From contig JAGVZI010000020.1 of the NCBI GenBank assembly GCA_018302705.1, forward strand, positions 1,081 through 65,080: 64,000 nucleotides of DNA, given 5' to 3'. The translations under genes were made by a program, and so were the position numbers. Below are positions 16,570 to 26,910 of the stretch, in pieces. This DNA comes from Candidatus Woesearchaeota archaeon (lineage in GTDB: Archaea > Nanobdellota > Nanobdellia > SCGC-AAA011-G17 > ARS1403). The notes beneath the pieces were generated by a model. The model ran no database searches and was not told the DNA's origin. It was given only the letters and a program-made list of their open reading frames with translations. Each line of letters starts with the position of its first letter. Within the stretch, counting starts at the first letter, position 1.

Positions 16570-18066
16570 ATGTATTCGATAAAAGATTTCACTCCAAGAA
16601 GTTATCAAAAAGAAATATTTGAGACCACAAAAAGCAAGTCCACATTAGTCTGTCTGCCGACGGGAACTGGAAAAACAATTAATATTATCCTGTTAGCCGT
16701 CCACAGATTAAACACAATCAAGGATTCAAAAATCGCAGTTGTATCCCCGACAAAGCCCTTAAACGCGCAGCACTTAAAAACATTCGCGCAGCAGACCACA
16801 ATACCATCAGAAGAAATAGCTTTGGTAACGGGATTGATAAAACCAGAAGCCAGAAAAGATCTCTACACAAAAAAGGTTATTATTGCAACGCCTCAAACGC
16901 TGAAGGAGGATATCGTAAACAGCAGGTTCTCATTCAAAGATTTCTCATTGTTAGCAATAGATGAAGCGCATCGGGCAATAGGAAATTACGCATATAATTT
17001 TCTTGCAGAAAGATACATGCAAGACTCCATCTCCCCTCTGATTCTGGCATTGACAGCATCGCCAGGTGGAACAAAAACAAAAATAGAAGAGATAAAATCC
17101 AATTTGCATATATGGGCAATAGAGATCAGGACAGAAGAAGACATTAAAGAGCATATCCAAGAAAAGAAAACAATTTGGCTCGAAGTCGAACTCTCGCCAG
17201 AATTAAAGCAGATCCAGTCTTTAATAAAATCCGCATTTAAAAGCAGAGTGAATGATTTGAAAAAGATAGGATTCACAAAACCATCTTCGTTAATATCAAA
17301 AAGGGATTTGCTAATCCTGCAACAGCAGTTAAGAAAAGGTTTAAGCAAAAAAAATCCTTCAACATTCTATGGAATATCTTTGACAGCATCTTTGATAAAA
17401 ATCGACTACGCATTAGAGCTGCTGGAAACACAAGGCTTAATCCCGCTTCAGGAGTTTTGGAACAAGCTTCAGCAAGAGGAAACAAAAGCAGCAAAAGCAA
17501 TTCTAAAAATGGAAGAAATGCAAAGTGCAATTTCTATGACGAATTCACTAATGGGAAAAGATATCAAGCATCCAAAACTCTACATGCTCCGCGGCATAAT
17601 AAGAAATGAGCTGGAAAAGAACCCGAAGGCAAAGTTTATAGTGTTCGCAAATTATAGGAACACAATTAATGAAATAATTGATTTTCTAAAGAAAGAGAAC
17701 AGCATAAAACCAACGAAGTTAATCGGGCAAAAATCAGGACTGACGCAAAAAGAACAAGTTTCAACAATAAAAGATTTCGAAGACGGCACGTATAATGTAA
17801 TGATTGGAACATCAATTCTGGAAGAAGGCCTGGACATAAGCACCGGAGCAAAGCTGGCAATTTTCTATGATATCGTCCCAAGTGAGATAAGGGCAATCCA
17901 AAGAAAGGGGAGGGTAGGAAGAACTCAAGCAGGAAAAATAATTTTTTTAGTGACAAATAACACTCGCGAGCAGGGGTATAAATGGTCTGCCTACCATAAA
18001 GAAAAAACCATGAAAAAAACCTTGCAATTAATGCAAAAAGAAACCCAATCTACATTGATTTCTTAG
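16570..18066 (+). CDS. Hef-like DEAH/SF2 helicase (helicase part only)
   Basis: Walker A LPTGTGKT, DEAH box AIDEAHRA, helicase C motifs (QRKGRVGR). Confidence 0.75.
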   Translation: MYSIKDFTPRSYQKEIFETTKSKSTLVCLPTGTGKTINIILLAVHRLNTIKDSKIAVVSPTKPLNAQHLKTFAQQTTIPSEEIALVTGLIKPEARKDLYTKKVIIATPQTLKEDIVNSRFSFKDFSLLAIDEAHRAIGNYAYNFLAERYMQDSISPLILALTASPGGTKTKIEEIKSNLHIWAIEIRTEEDIKEHIQEKKTIWLEVELSPELKQIQSLIKSAFKSRVNDLKKIGFTKPSSLISKRDLLILQQQLRKGLSKKNPSTFYGISLTASLIKIDYALELLETQGLIPLQEFWNKLQQEETKAAKAILKMEEMQSAISMTNSLMGKDIKHPKLYMLRGIIRNELEKNPKAKFIVFANYRNTINEIIDFLKKENSIKPTKLIGQKSGLTQKEQVSTIKDFEDGTYNVMIGTSILEEGLDISTGAKLAIFYDIVPSEIRAIQRKGRVGRTQAGKIIFLVTNNTREQGYKWSAYHKEKTMKKTLQLMQKETQSTLIS

Positions 18067-18126
18067 CTCCATCATTTTTCAAGGAGGGAACAGAAACTTC
18101 TTAAACCTCGTCTCATAAACAATTTT

Positions 18127-18792
18127 ATGAAAATTCTCTTGGATAATCGCGAAAGAAGCTCGGGGATAAAGAAGGAATTAATCAAGCAGGGGTTGGAAGT
18201 CTTTGAGCAGCAGCTGACATCGGCAGATTTCATAATAAAAACAAAAACTCTCGACGGCAGGATACTAACACTAGGAATAGAAAAGAAGACAATAAATGAT
18301 TTCCTAAACTCAATCATAGACAAGAGGATTATCTCGCAGCTAATTGAAATGAAGCGCCATTTCGATCTTCCTATCTTAATAATAGAAGGCACAGAAAATA
18401 TTTATGCAGTGCGCAACTTCCATCCAAACTCAATCAGGGGCATGCTCGCATCTATTGTAATCGATTTTCAAACGCCAATACTCTACACAAGGAATATAAG
18501 AGATACTGCTAACCTGCTGGCAGTCATAGCAAGAAGATTGGAAAAGCCAAGATCGCTTCCAAGTTTGTTAAAAAAGCGAAAACCATTGACATTAAAACAA
18601 CAGCAGGAATTTTTAATAGAATCCTTGCCAGGCATAGGCCCTCAAATCTCAAGGAGTTTGCTGACAAGATTCGGAACGATTAAAAACCTAGTGAATGCAA
18701 AGGAAGAAGAATTGATGCAAATAGAAAAAATAGGAAAGATAAAGGCAAGCCAGATTAAAAAAGTTTTAGAGGAAAATTACAAAGAAGATTGA
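18127..18792 (+). CDS. XPF/ERCC4-type nuclease with C-terminal (HhH)2
   Basis: LDNRERSS...SADFII...ERK-like ERCC4 motifs. C-terminal LPGIGPQISRSLLTRFGTIKNL...IEKIGKIKASQI helix-hairpin-helix pair. Confidence 0.75.
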   Translation: MKILLDNRERSSGIKKELIKQGLEVFEQQLTSADFIIKTKTLDGRILTLGIEKKTINDFLNSIIDKRIISQLIEMKRHFDLPILIIEGTENIYAVRNFHPNSIRGMLASIVIDFQTPILYTRNIRDTANLLAVIARRLEKPRSLPSLLKKRKPLTLKQQQEFLIESLPGIGPQISRSLLTRFGTIKNLVNAKEEELMQIEKIGKIKASQIKKVLEENYKED

Positions 18793-19202
18793 AGATAGAA
18801 AGAAACAAACTTGAGAAAATTTTAAATATAAGTTCTTTAAAAAAGAGAGTATGGCGAAGCAAAATCCGACAGAAAATTCTCTGGACTTGGAATATAATGC
18901 CTTGCGCGGGCAGCTTAGGATCATAAAAGAAAAGTCTGAAGGACTGCGTCGAGATTTAGATAGCACTCTAAGAAAGATCAATGCACTCTCGAAGAGGGAG
19001 CAAATTTCAGACAACTACAAAAGAGCAGCAGAAAAAGAAACCAATCGGCTTATTGCTAAAATAGAAAAAATCCTGGATATTCTGGATCAAAGCCGCAATA
19101 GTCAATAGATATAGTGCTAAAAATGCATATGTATTCTCTTCATGCATTTCTTGCATAACTTCTTTTCTTTCTCCTCTAACTCTCTTCCGCAATTTTCACA
19201 TT

Positions 19203-19721
19203 TCATGAATATTCCCCAAGAGTTTCATATCTTGCTCCCTTCTCAGTCAGCTCGCTTTTAATTAATTTAAAGCAATCTACTCTAAAGCCTTCATCAATCT
19301 GCAAATTAGAAATCTCCATAAGCTTATTTTTATCCTTCACAGCTTTAATCCTCCCGAGAGTAATATGCGGCTCAAATCTTTTCTCCCTCTCAAACAAGGC
19401 TATCAAAGCATCATCAATGTTCTCCTTTAACTTAATAATCTTTCTTTTAGGCATGATGCCTATCCAGACAACGCGAATAAAATTCTCTATTTTCGGAAAA
19501 AACTCAATCTTGTCAAGTTTTAATTTAAAAGGCTTAAACCTGACATTAGACAAATCCTTTTTCACCCTCTCTAATTTAGATTCAGAAACGTCCCCTAAAA
19601 ATTTTAATGTAAGATGATAGTCATTTGGCACGATTATTTTAGCAATGCTTTCATGAAAATTTATCTTTCTTAAATCCTCTTTGATTTTCTCCGGCAGTTC
19701 AATTGCTATAAAGCACCTCAT
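19203..19721 (-). CDS. 2'-5' RNA ligase LigT (2H phosphoesterase)
   Basis: Two HxTx motifs (HLTLKF, HITLGR). The likely start is the internal MRCFIAIELPE. The upstream 67 codons of ORF 19203..19922 are Leu-rich junk. Confidence 0.65.
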   Translation of the reverse strand: MRCFIAIELPEKIKEDLRKINFHESIAKIIVPNDYHLTLKFLGDVSESKLERVKKDLSNVRFKPFKLKLDKIEFFPKIENFIRVVWIGIMPKRKIIKLKENIDDALIALFEREKRFEPHITLGRIKAVKDKNKLMEISNLQIDEGFRVDCFKLIKSELTEKGARYETLGEYS

Positions 19722-19723
19722 CC

Positions 19724-20836
19724 TTGTCAGTAATACAAAGGCTTTTAAATCCTTTACTTTCAATTCTGCCAATGACAGACCCAAGGATAAAGGAAGTCGC
19801 AAGAATTCTAGTAGAATACTCAAATGAGATAAAGAAAAATGACAAGGTAGTAATAGAAGCATCCCCGGAAGCAGCGCCTCTAGTAAAAGAGATCTACAAG
19901 ATTTGCATCCAAAAAGGGGCATATCCGCGAGTTAACATGGGAGTCCCGGGATTAACAAAAATTTATTATGATCATGCATCAAAAGAGCAACTGGACCATT
20001 TTCCAGAATTGACAATGCACGAAATAGAACATAGTGATGCATTTTTCTCAATAGGAGCCCCGTCAAATACAAGAGAATTGACAAATGTAGATCCAAAAAA
20101 AATAGCTTTAAGATCAAAGATTACAAAGCCAATTTCAGATGGAATATTAGAGAAACGCTGGGTTGTCTTCTACTACCCAAATAACGCTCAGGCTCAAGAG
20201 GCAGACATGTCTCTGGAAGAATTCGAAGACTTTGTTTTCTCAGCCACGATACAGGATTGGAAAAAAATCTCAAGAGAGCAGGATAAGCTGAAAGAAATCC
20301 TCGACAAGGGAAAGGAAGTTAGAGTCATAGGAAAAAATACAGATATAATGTTTTCAATAAAGGGAAGAAAGGCGGAAAAAGGGGACGGAAAAAATAACAT
20401 GCCATGCGGAGAAGTTTTCATAGCGCCACTGGAAAAAACAACACAAGGCCATATAGAATTTTCATTCCCGGCAATAAGGGTAGGAAGAGAAGTTGATGGG
20501 ATAAAACTAAAATTTAAAGACGGAAAAGTAATAGAAGCATCAGCAGTAAAAGGAGAAAAATATCTTAAAGAATGTTTGGAAATGGACAACGGAGCAAAAT
20601 ACCTTGGAGAATTCGGGATCGGATTTAACAGGAACATTCAGAGATTTGTCAAGAACATTTTATTCGACGAGAAAATTTCAGGGACAATCCATCTGGCGCT
20701 GGGCAGGGCATACAAAGAAGGCGGAGGAACAAACGAATCAGCATTGCATTGGGACATGATAAAGGATTTAAGGCAGGAAGGAAAAGTCATTGTCGACGGT
20801 AAAACTATCCAAGAGAATGGAAAATTTTTAATCTAA
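19724..20836 (+). CDS. M29-family aminopeptidase (AmpS/aminopeptidase T-like)
   Basis: About 370 aa; resembles M29 thermophilic aminopeptidases. The true start may be the internal MTDPRIKEV. Confidence 0.55.
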   Translation: MSVIQRLLNPLLSILPMTDPRIKEVARILVEYSNEIKKNDKVVIEASPEAAPLVKEIYKICIQKGAYPRVNMGVPGLTKIYYDHASKEQLDHFPELTMHEIEHSDAFFSIGAPSNTRELTNVDPKKIALRSKITKPISDGILEKRWVVFYYPNNAQAQEADMSLEEFEDFVFSATIQDWKKISREQDKLKEILDKGKEVRVIGKNTDIMFSIKGRKAEKGDGKNNMPCGEVFIAPLEKTTQGHIEFSFPAIRVGREVDGIKLKFKDGKVIEASAVKGEKYLKECLEMDNGAKYLGEFGIGFNRNIQRFVKNILFDEKISGTIHLALGRAYKEGGGTNESALHWDMIKDLRQEGKVIVDGKTIQENGKFLI

Positions 20837-21478
20837 AACAATTAATTCTTTTGAAAGGTTTGTTAATACTTCAACTTTGTTTCCTTTTAACAGCACTGTG
20901 TCTTCAATTCTAACTCCTTTATTTTTACTATACCATCCGGGCTCGATTGTAACTACGTCATTGTCTTTAAAATTATATTTAGATTTAGCAGAAATCCAAG
21001 GAGGTTGATGTATCCTCTTCCCAACTCCATGTCCCAAGCTATGCCTGAACTTTTTCCTATCATTTCCATATCCATCCCTTATCATCGCATCCAACTCAAA
21101 ACAATTCATTCCTATTTTAATTTCTCTCAAAGCGGTTTCATGTAAATTCAAAATCAATTGATATAATTCCAAATCCTTCCTACTAGGTTTCCCCTTATAC
21201 AACATTCTTGTAACATCGCTGCAATAATTATCGTACTTAACTCCAAAATCCACGATGATAAATTTGTCCAATCTGGTTTCATTTGATTTGTGATGTATCT
21301 CCAAAAAATTATTCCCAGAAACTATCAGCGGTGGAAATGCAAGTTTACAATTTTTCTCTTTTGCTTTTTTCCTCAAATATTCAGCAATTTCAATTTCAGT
21401 TCCAAAATTAAAATTGTCAAAGCATTCTTTCAAAATTTCGCAGCTAGTCTTACAAGCTTCTCTTATATTATCAATCAT
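20828..21478 (-). CDS. M24-family peptidase (prolidase-like catalytic domain only)
   Basis: HSLGHGVGKRIHQPP matches the M24 HxxGHxxGxxxH metal-binding motif. 216 aa, no N-terminal domain. Confidence 0.6.
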   Translation of the reverse strand: MIDNIREACKTSCEILKECFDNFNFGTEIEIAEYLRKKAKEKNCKLAFPPLIVSGNNFLEIHHKSNETRLDKFIIVDFGVKYDNYCSDVTRMLYKGKPSRKDLELYQLILNLHETALREIKIGMNCFELDAMIRDGYGNDRKKFRHSLGHGVGKRIHQPPWISAKSKYNFKDNDVVTIEPGWYSKNKGVRIEDTVLLKGNKVEVLTNLSKELIVLD

Positions 21479-22845
21479 TAGGATGTAGGGGCGGTGATTT
21501 TGCAGTTTCTAATCAGAATAGGGGGGGTTAAAGTGGGGATTCTAGCCTCCCAACTTCGTAAATATCGTGCTTTATTCCCGACGCAGTCTACATTTTTAAG
21601 AAGTCTTAAAATATTCTCGCTGATCCTTATATTTTTCAGACTCCCAATAACTTTCCCGTTTTTGATTAAAAATGTCCCGTCTCTGGGGATTGTAGAAAAA
21701 TCTCCGCTATGATAATTTGCAAATCTTGTATACCACACATTTGTAACATAAATTCCGTTTTTAACTTCTTTGATCATCTCAGGGAGGCTTAATCTCCCTC
21801 TTTCAACAACAATGTTCCACGGGCCGGGGCTGATTAATCCTGCATTTCCAGTGCTCTCAACTTTGTATTTTCTGGCAGTAGAAGTATTATGCAAGTATTG
21901 CTTAAAAATTCCCTTCTCAATTAAAACATTCCTCCTTGTTGCAACGCCCTCGTCGTCTGCTTTAGTAGAATTAACCCCTCCGTCCAATCTTCCGTCGTCA
22001 TAGAGAGTAATATCCGGGCTTCCAACTTTCTTCCCTTGTCTGCCTGCAAAGAAACTCAAGCCTGCTTCGACAGAAAAAATAGAAGCACCCTCTCCAACAA
22101 TATTAAGAAGGGGGATTATCGCCATCGGCCCGAAGATAATATCGTAATTTCCTTTACTTCCCTTAGAAGGATTCCTGCTATCCTTGGCAATCTTCCCGGC
22201 GGTTTTTCCAGCTTCCTCGACATTAAACTTTTTCAAGCTCGTGCTTAATGAATTCATGTGCCCGCTCTCATCTTCTTCTATAAGGCTTCTGATAGAAAAA
22301 TAAAGCTCGCTTCTTTTTTCATTGAACATAATCTCATTAGAGGTCAAAACAGTGCTTTTCACGTCATGAACCTCTAAGATACCATTTGTTCTCCTGGCTC
22401 CTTCTTTGAGGGCTGCATTAATCCCTCTTTCAGCATAATCAACCTCGTCGATATTAATCGCTTTGGGGTCATAAGTGTTCCCGATTTCTTTATACTTGAA
22501 TTTTTTTTCATTAATCCCGTAATAATCTTTTTTCGGTTGCATTAGTTTCAAGAATTCAAAAATTTTCCTGACAAGTTTGTCCATGCCTTTCTTATTCGGC
22601 TCAAGAAAATCTCCCCTCTCATTAGAAAGCCCGCTTTCCCCAATAAGGTCATGGCAGTTAGTAGTTAAAATTTTTTTATCCTTTACAACAAATATCCCTA
22701 TATTTCTTAGCTCCTCCACTCCGGTTTTAACAATTTTATTATTGGCAAATTTTATCTGCCTAGAGTGGTTTGCAGAAAAGGTCAAGACAGCATCGTCTAT
22801 TTTTTTCTGTTTCAATTTTTTCATCAAATATTCTAAAGTTTCCAT
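21478..22845 (-). CDS. TldD/PmbA-family metallopeptidase
   Basis: 455 aa; resembles TldD/PmbA-family proteins (Gly-rich C-terminal half, GxC motif). Adjacent to a paralog. Confidence 0.65.
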   Translation of the reverse strand: METLEYLMKKLKQKKIDDAVLTFSANHSRQIKFANNKIVKTGVEELRNIGIFVVKDKKILTTNCHDLIGESGLSNERGDFLEPNKKGMDKLVRKIFEFLKLMQPKKDYYGINEKKFKYKEIGNTYDPKAINIDEVDYAERGINAALKEGARRTNGILEVHDVKSTVLTSNEIMFNEKRSELYFSIRSLIEEDESGHMNSLSTSLKKFNVEEAGKTAGKIAKDSRNPSKGSKGNYDIIFGPMAIIPLLNIVGEGASIFSVEAGLSFFAGRQGKKVGSPDITLYDDGRLDGGVNSTKADDEGVATRRNVLIEKGIFKQYLHNTSTARKYKVESTGNAGLISPGPWNIVVERGRLSLPEMIKEVKNGIYVTNVWYTRFANYHSGDFSTIPRDGTFLIKNGKVIGSLKNIRISENILRLLKNVDCVGNKARYLRSWEARIPTLTPPILIRNCKITAPTS

Positions 22846-22846
22846 T

Positions 22847-24247
22847 TTAACCTAACTTTATATCCTTGATTCTTATGCTCGGACCTCCAAGGAATGCCGG
22901 CACGCCTTGCATAGGCTCACCTTTTCCGCACGTTCCAGTATGGTACTCAATATTTTTGCCAACAGCATCAATGCTATTCCATAAAGCAGGTGTCGTCAAT
23001 TCCAACACGGGTTTTATAACAGGGTATCTTATCTTTCCATTCTTAATAAGATAGGCATCACCGCCAACATATTTCTGTTGAAATCTTTTGTCATCAATGT
23101 TCCATTCAGTATAGTCTCGAATATAAACTCCTAATTTTATGTCTTCAATTAATTCCTCTTCGGAATACTCTCCCGGCAGCAAAAAAGTATTGGCCATTCT
23201 TATAATGGCTTCCTTGTCAAAGTCTTCAGCCCTGGCAGCCCCGTTGCTTTTAACATTCATCTCAGCAGCAGTCTCTCGATTATGCAAGAATTCATTTATC
23301 TTCCCGTCTTTAATCAAAAATCTTCTTCTTGCTTTAACTCCCTCGTCGTCATAAAGATAAAATCCAGCGCTATTCTCCAAAGTAGGATCATCGACGACGT
23401 TTACAATCTCGCTTCCAAGACGATTTCCAATCATGTTCTTATGTATAAAGCTCTCGCCAGCCTGTGCAGCTTCTCTTCCAAATATCCTGTCAGCCTCAAA
23501 GGGATGCCCTACGCTTTCATGCACCATTATCCCGGTTACTTCAGGTCCGACGACGACATCAATTTTTTCTCTTGGAGGTTTTCTCGCGTGCTTCAAATTT
23601 TTTTCAATCGCCTTATACTCATCTAAAATATACTTAGGCAGATTCCATTTCTTAACATGCTCATATCCTCCTGAATTGCAGAGCTGCCAATACTTCTGCG
23701 AACTCTTCCCGTTTATTTTCAGTGTAAGGAAAAATGTAAAATTAGCCCTCGGTATTTCAGAGATAATCCTCGTGCCTTCAGTAGTCAAAAGGGACTTTTT
23801 AGAAATATCAGAGCTCAAACTTAGATATCTCCCGATGGCATTTCTCGCACCAGAGTCTGTTTCATGTAGCAGCTCAATCTTGTCGCTCAGCTTGATGTCT
23901 TTAAATTTTACCTTCTGCATTACTTTATATATCTTCTTATAAGGCAGTTCCTCGGAAAGCCTTACTTTTTCGCTTAACCTATTCCCGTTACGGACTACTC
24001 TAATGGCCTTCATTATATTCTTTTTAATTGAATCTTTTTCAAACCTATTTATAGAAACGAACCCAAGTGAATTGTTTAGCAGAAAGCGTACCCCCATGCC
24101 GATAGAATGATCAAATCCGCTCACTTCAGCAGTTCCATTTTTCAAAATCAACCCCTCTTCTTCATGCTCTTCAAGCCTTACCTCCCCATATTGCACATTA
24201 TTCTTCTCTAAAAATTTTAAAGCAAAATCCGCATATCCATCATACAT
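22847..24247 (-). CDS. TldD/PmbA-family metallopeptidase (paralog)
   Basis: 466 aa. HESVGHPFEADRIF matches the TldD HExxxH motif. Confidence 0.7.
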   Translation of the reverse strand: MYDGYADFALKFLEKNNVQYGEVRLEEHEEEGLILKNGTAEVSGFDHSIGMGVRFLLNNSLGFVSINRFEKDSIKKNIMKAIRVVRNGNRLSEKVRLSEELPYKKIYKVMQKVKFKDIKLSDKIELLHETDSGARNAIGRYLSLSSDISKKSLLTTEGTRIISEIPRANFTFFLTLKINGKSSQKYWQLCNSGGYEHVKKWNLPKYILDEYKAIEKNLKHARKPPREKIDVVVGPEVTGIMVHESVGHPFEADRIFGREAAQAGESFIHKNMIGNRLGSEIVNVVDDPTLENSAGFYLYDDEGVKARRRFLIKDGKINEFLHNRETAAEMNVKSNGAARAEDFDKEAIIRMANTFLLPGEYSEEELIEDIKLGVYIRDYTEWNIDDKRFQQKYVGGDAYLIKNGKIRYPVIKPVLELTTPALWNSIDAVGKNIEYHTGTCGKGEPMQGVPAFLGGPSIRIKDIKLG

Positions 24248-24279
24248 AGGATAAAAGTATCTTGAAGGATTAATAAAGA

Positions 24280-25296
24280 TTATGGATAAGCTTCTTTCAG
24301 CAGTTTTTCTTTCTTCTCAAATTTTCTTCTAACCGGTTCTAATATAGTATTCAATTCTCTACTCACGCTTTGTTTTAAATCCATGGGGTGTAATTTCTTG
24401 ACCGCAAAATCCTTTTTCAATTCGCTAAAATTATTATAATTAATATCGCCACCAAATCTCTTTGCCCTTTCAATTTTCAATTTTCCTTTATAGGGAAACA
24501 AAAAATATTCGCAAAAAGCTAATACTCCATTATCCTTGACTTCGCCTTCTTTGCAATATGCGCTATTCACTTTTCTTGCAACTTCTTTCTCATCATCAAG
24601 CAAATCTATTTTACTTTTAGCATCGCTTGCACTCATCTTCCCTCCAGTTAATCCCGGTAATAGGGGAGTCATCACCTCAACCCGGGATTTATAACTAAGC
24701 TTAGGCAGATATTCTCTAGCCATCACAAGAATTTTTCTCTGGTCCATCCCTCCATATTGGACATCAACATCCAAATATTGCTCATCAAGAGCCTGCATTA
24801 TAGGGTAGATTAAAGTGCTGACTTTCGGATTTTCTATTCGACAAACCTCAGAAGCAGAATGTAATGCTCTTTTAGTCGTCAGCTCAGTACTCATTCTCAG
24901 CACATCAGAGATATATTCGCTAGTTAACTGGAAATCGCTTCCTCTAATGAACCCCAACCCAGAAGTATCTATCTTTAAACTCTCAAAAACCCCTTTCACA
25001 ATCTCCTCATAATATATGCTTCTAGCATCAAGCAAATGCCAAGGGCTTTTTCTATCATCCAGATGAGCATGCAAATTAGCAATCAAGAATTTAAATTTAA
25101 ATCCTGCTTTCAAAAAATCTCCAATTTTCAAAATAGGGATTAAATGACCGGCATGCAATCTCCCGGTCGGGGCGTATCCAACATAAGCAATAGGGGATTT
25201 TTTTTCTTCTAGCAATTTCCTAAGCTCTTCTCTCGTTAGAATCTCAGCAGTATTTCTCGCAACCAGATCAAATCTTTCTTTCGAGTTCATAATCAA
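24280..25296 (-). CDS. tyrS: Tyrosyl-tRNA synthetase (class I, archaeal type)
   Basis: HIGH motif HAGHLIPILK, KMSKS-like KMSASD, about 338 aa. TrpRS is not fully excluded. Confidence 0.6.
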   Translation of the reverse strand: MIMNSKERFDLVARNTAEILTREELRKLLEEKKSPIAYVGYAPTGRLHAGHLIPILKIGDFLKAGFKFKFLIANLHAHLDDRKSPWHLLDARSIYYEEIVKGVFESLKIDTSGLGFIRGSDFQLTSEYISDVLRMSTELTTKRALHSASEVCRIENPKVSTLIYPIMQALDEQYLDVDVQYGGMDQRKILVMAREYLPKLSYKSRVEVMTPLLPGLTGGKMSASDAKSKIDLLDDEKEVARKVNSAYCKEGEVKDNGVLAFCEYFLFPYKGKLKIERAKRFGGDINYNNFSELKKDFAVKKLHPMDLKQSVSRELNTILEPVRRKFEKKEKLLKEAYP

Positions 25297-25337
25297 AACA
25301 AAAACACCTTTAAATATAAAATTATCCTTTCTAGATA

Positions 25338-25682
25338 ATGCAAGACCGGAATTTATTCAAGATTTCTTTGATAATGTCCACTATAGGAACATTCCTCATT
25401 CTCTTATTGTCAGAATATTCAGAAGTCGAATTAACAAATATAGGGGACCTTAACAAAAATCAACTTGAAATGAAAGTGAAAGTAAGTGGGACAGTAATCT
25501 CTGCAAGGGAAACCCCCGGGCTTTATATCCTGAGTATAAGGGATTCAACGGCAACAATCCCTATAGTAATCTTCAAGGAAGATCCGTTATCGATAGGAAG
25601 GAATGCACAAATAGAAGTTACTGGAAAACTTACAGAATACAAAAATGAGTTGGAAATAATCGCTGAGATAATAAGAATATGA
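25338..25682 (+). CDS. Membrane-anchored OB-fold protein
   Basis: N-terminal TM helix followed by an OB-fold-like domain (VKVSGTVISARETPGLYILSIRDSTATIPIV). Confidence 0.35.
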   Translation: MQDRNLFKISLIMSTIGTFLILLLSEYSEVELTNIGDLNKNQLEMKVKVSGTVISARETPGLYILSIRDSTATIPIVIFKEDPLSIGRNAQIEVTGKLTEYKNELEIIAEIIRI

Positions 25683-26875
25683 TAGTAGAAATAATCATTG
25701 CAGTATTAGTTGGAATAATCGGCGGTGTATTCAGCGGGCTTACGCCGGGGATCCATACAAACTTATTAGTTACATTATTATTCTCGGCGTCTCCCTTTTT
25801 GCTAACATTCACAACCCCGTTAGTTATCTCTACCCTAATAGTTTCAATGGCTATAACACATACATTTCTCAATGTTCTTCCAGCAGTTTATCTTGGCGCC
25901 CCAGATAGCGAAGGAAAAATATTGTCCGTCCTTCCAGGTCACAGGATGTTGCTGCAAGGAAAAGGATATGAAGCAGTTACTCTAACAGTTCTGGGAAGCT
26001 TTCTTGCAATTATCATCGGCATATTATTAACTCCCTTATTGCTGAAATTTCTTCCAGGTTTATATTCATCAATAAAGAATTACATCGGATATCTCCTAGT
26101 AATAATCTCCATATACATGGTTCTGAGGGAAAGAAAAAAGTTCTGGGCGTTTTTTATTTTCATATTGGCAGGAATCTTTGGATTAGGCGTTTTAAACCTA
26201 AATATCAAAGAGCCCCTCTTCCCTTTGTTAAGTAGCCTATTCGGGGTTGCAGGTTTATTGATCAGCTTAAAAGACAATGTAAAAATCCCAAAGCAGATAA
26301 TAGAAAAGATAACGATACCAAAAAAAGAAGTTGCAAAGGCAATGAGCAGCGCAGGCATCGTCGGAACTTTCGTAAGTTTAATGCCCGGCCTAGGTCCAGC
26401 GCAAGCAGCAATTATCGGTAGCCAATTAATAAAATTAACAGATAAAGGTTTTTTAATTCTCGTTGGCTCTCTGGAAACTCTCGGCATGATAACAAGTTTC
26501 ATCGCAATATTCTCCATTCAAAAAGCAAGGAATGGAGCTGTAGTCGTAATAAGCAGGCTGATGGAAACTATAACTCAGAAGGATTTGATCTTATTTTTAA
26601 TCGTCGCATTTATTGCAGGATTAATCGCAGTATTTCTTAGCTTAAGTTTTGCAAAAATTTTCTCCTCACTAATCACAAAAGTAAATTATCAAAAATTATG
26701 CATTGCAATAATAATCCTGATAGTTGGAATGGCCCTCTGGTTGTCCTCTTATCTTGGGCTTTTTGTTTTAATCATCGGGAGTTTTATCGGTATGCTTCCT
26801 TCATTGGTAGGAATCGGAAAAAATCATTTGATGGGCTGTTTATTATTGCCAATTATTTTATTCTTCTTATTATAG
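25679..26875 (+). CDS. TctA-like (DUF112) polytopic membrane transporter
   Basis: 398 aa, two halves each containing an LTPGIHTNL / LMPGLGPAQAA-type motif. Confidence 0.4.
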   Translation: MIVEIIIAVLVGIIGGVFSGLTPGIHTNLLVTLLFSASPFLLTFTTPLVISTLIVSMAITHTFLNVLPAVYLGAPDSEGKILSVLPGHRMLLQGKGYEAVTLTVLGSFLAIIIGILLTPLLLKFLPGLYSSIKNYIGYLLVIISIYMVLRERKKFWAFFIFILAGIFGLGVLNLNIKEPLFPLLSSLFGVAGLLISLKDNVKIPKQIIEKITIPKKEVAKAMSSAGIVGTFVSLMPGLGPAQAAIIGSQLIKLTDKGFLILVGSLETLGMITSFIAIFSIQKARNGAVVVISRLMETITQKDLILFLIVAFIAGLIAVFLSLSFAKIFSSLITKVNYQKLCIAIIILIVGMALWLSSYLGLFVLIIGSFIGMLPSLVGIGKNHLMGCLLLPIILFFLL

Positions 26876-26910
26876 AAAGATTTAAAAAATTGGATATTTA
26901 GTGAACCATT

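Noticed and set aside
19722-19922. N-terminal 67 codons of ORF 19203..19922
   Set aside because: Leu/Cys-rich low-complexity stretch overlapping the divergent aminopeptidase gene. The LigT domain begins at the internal Met (MRCFIAIELPE).
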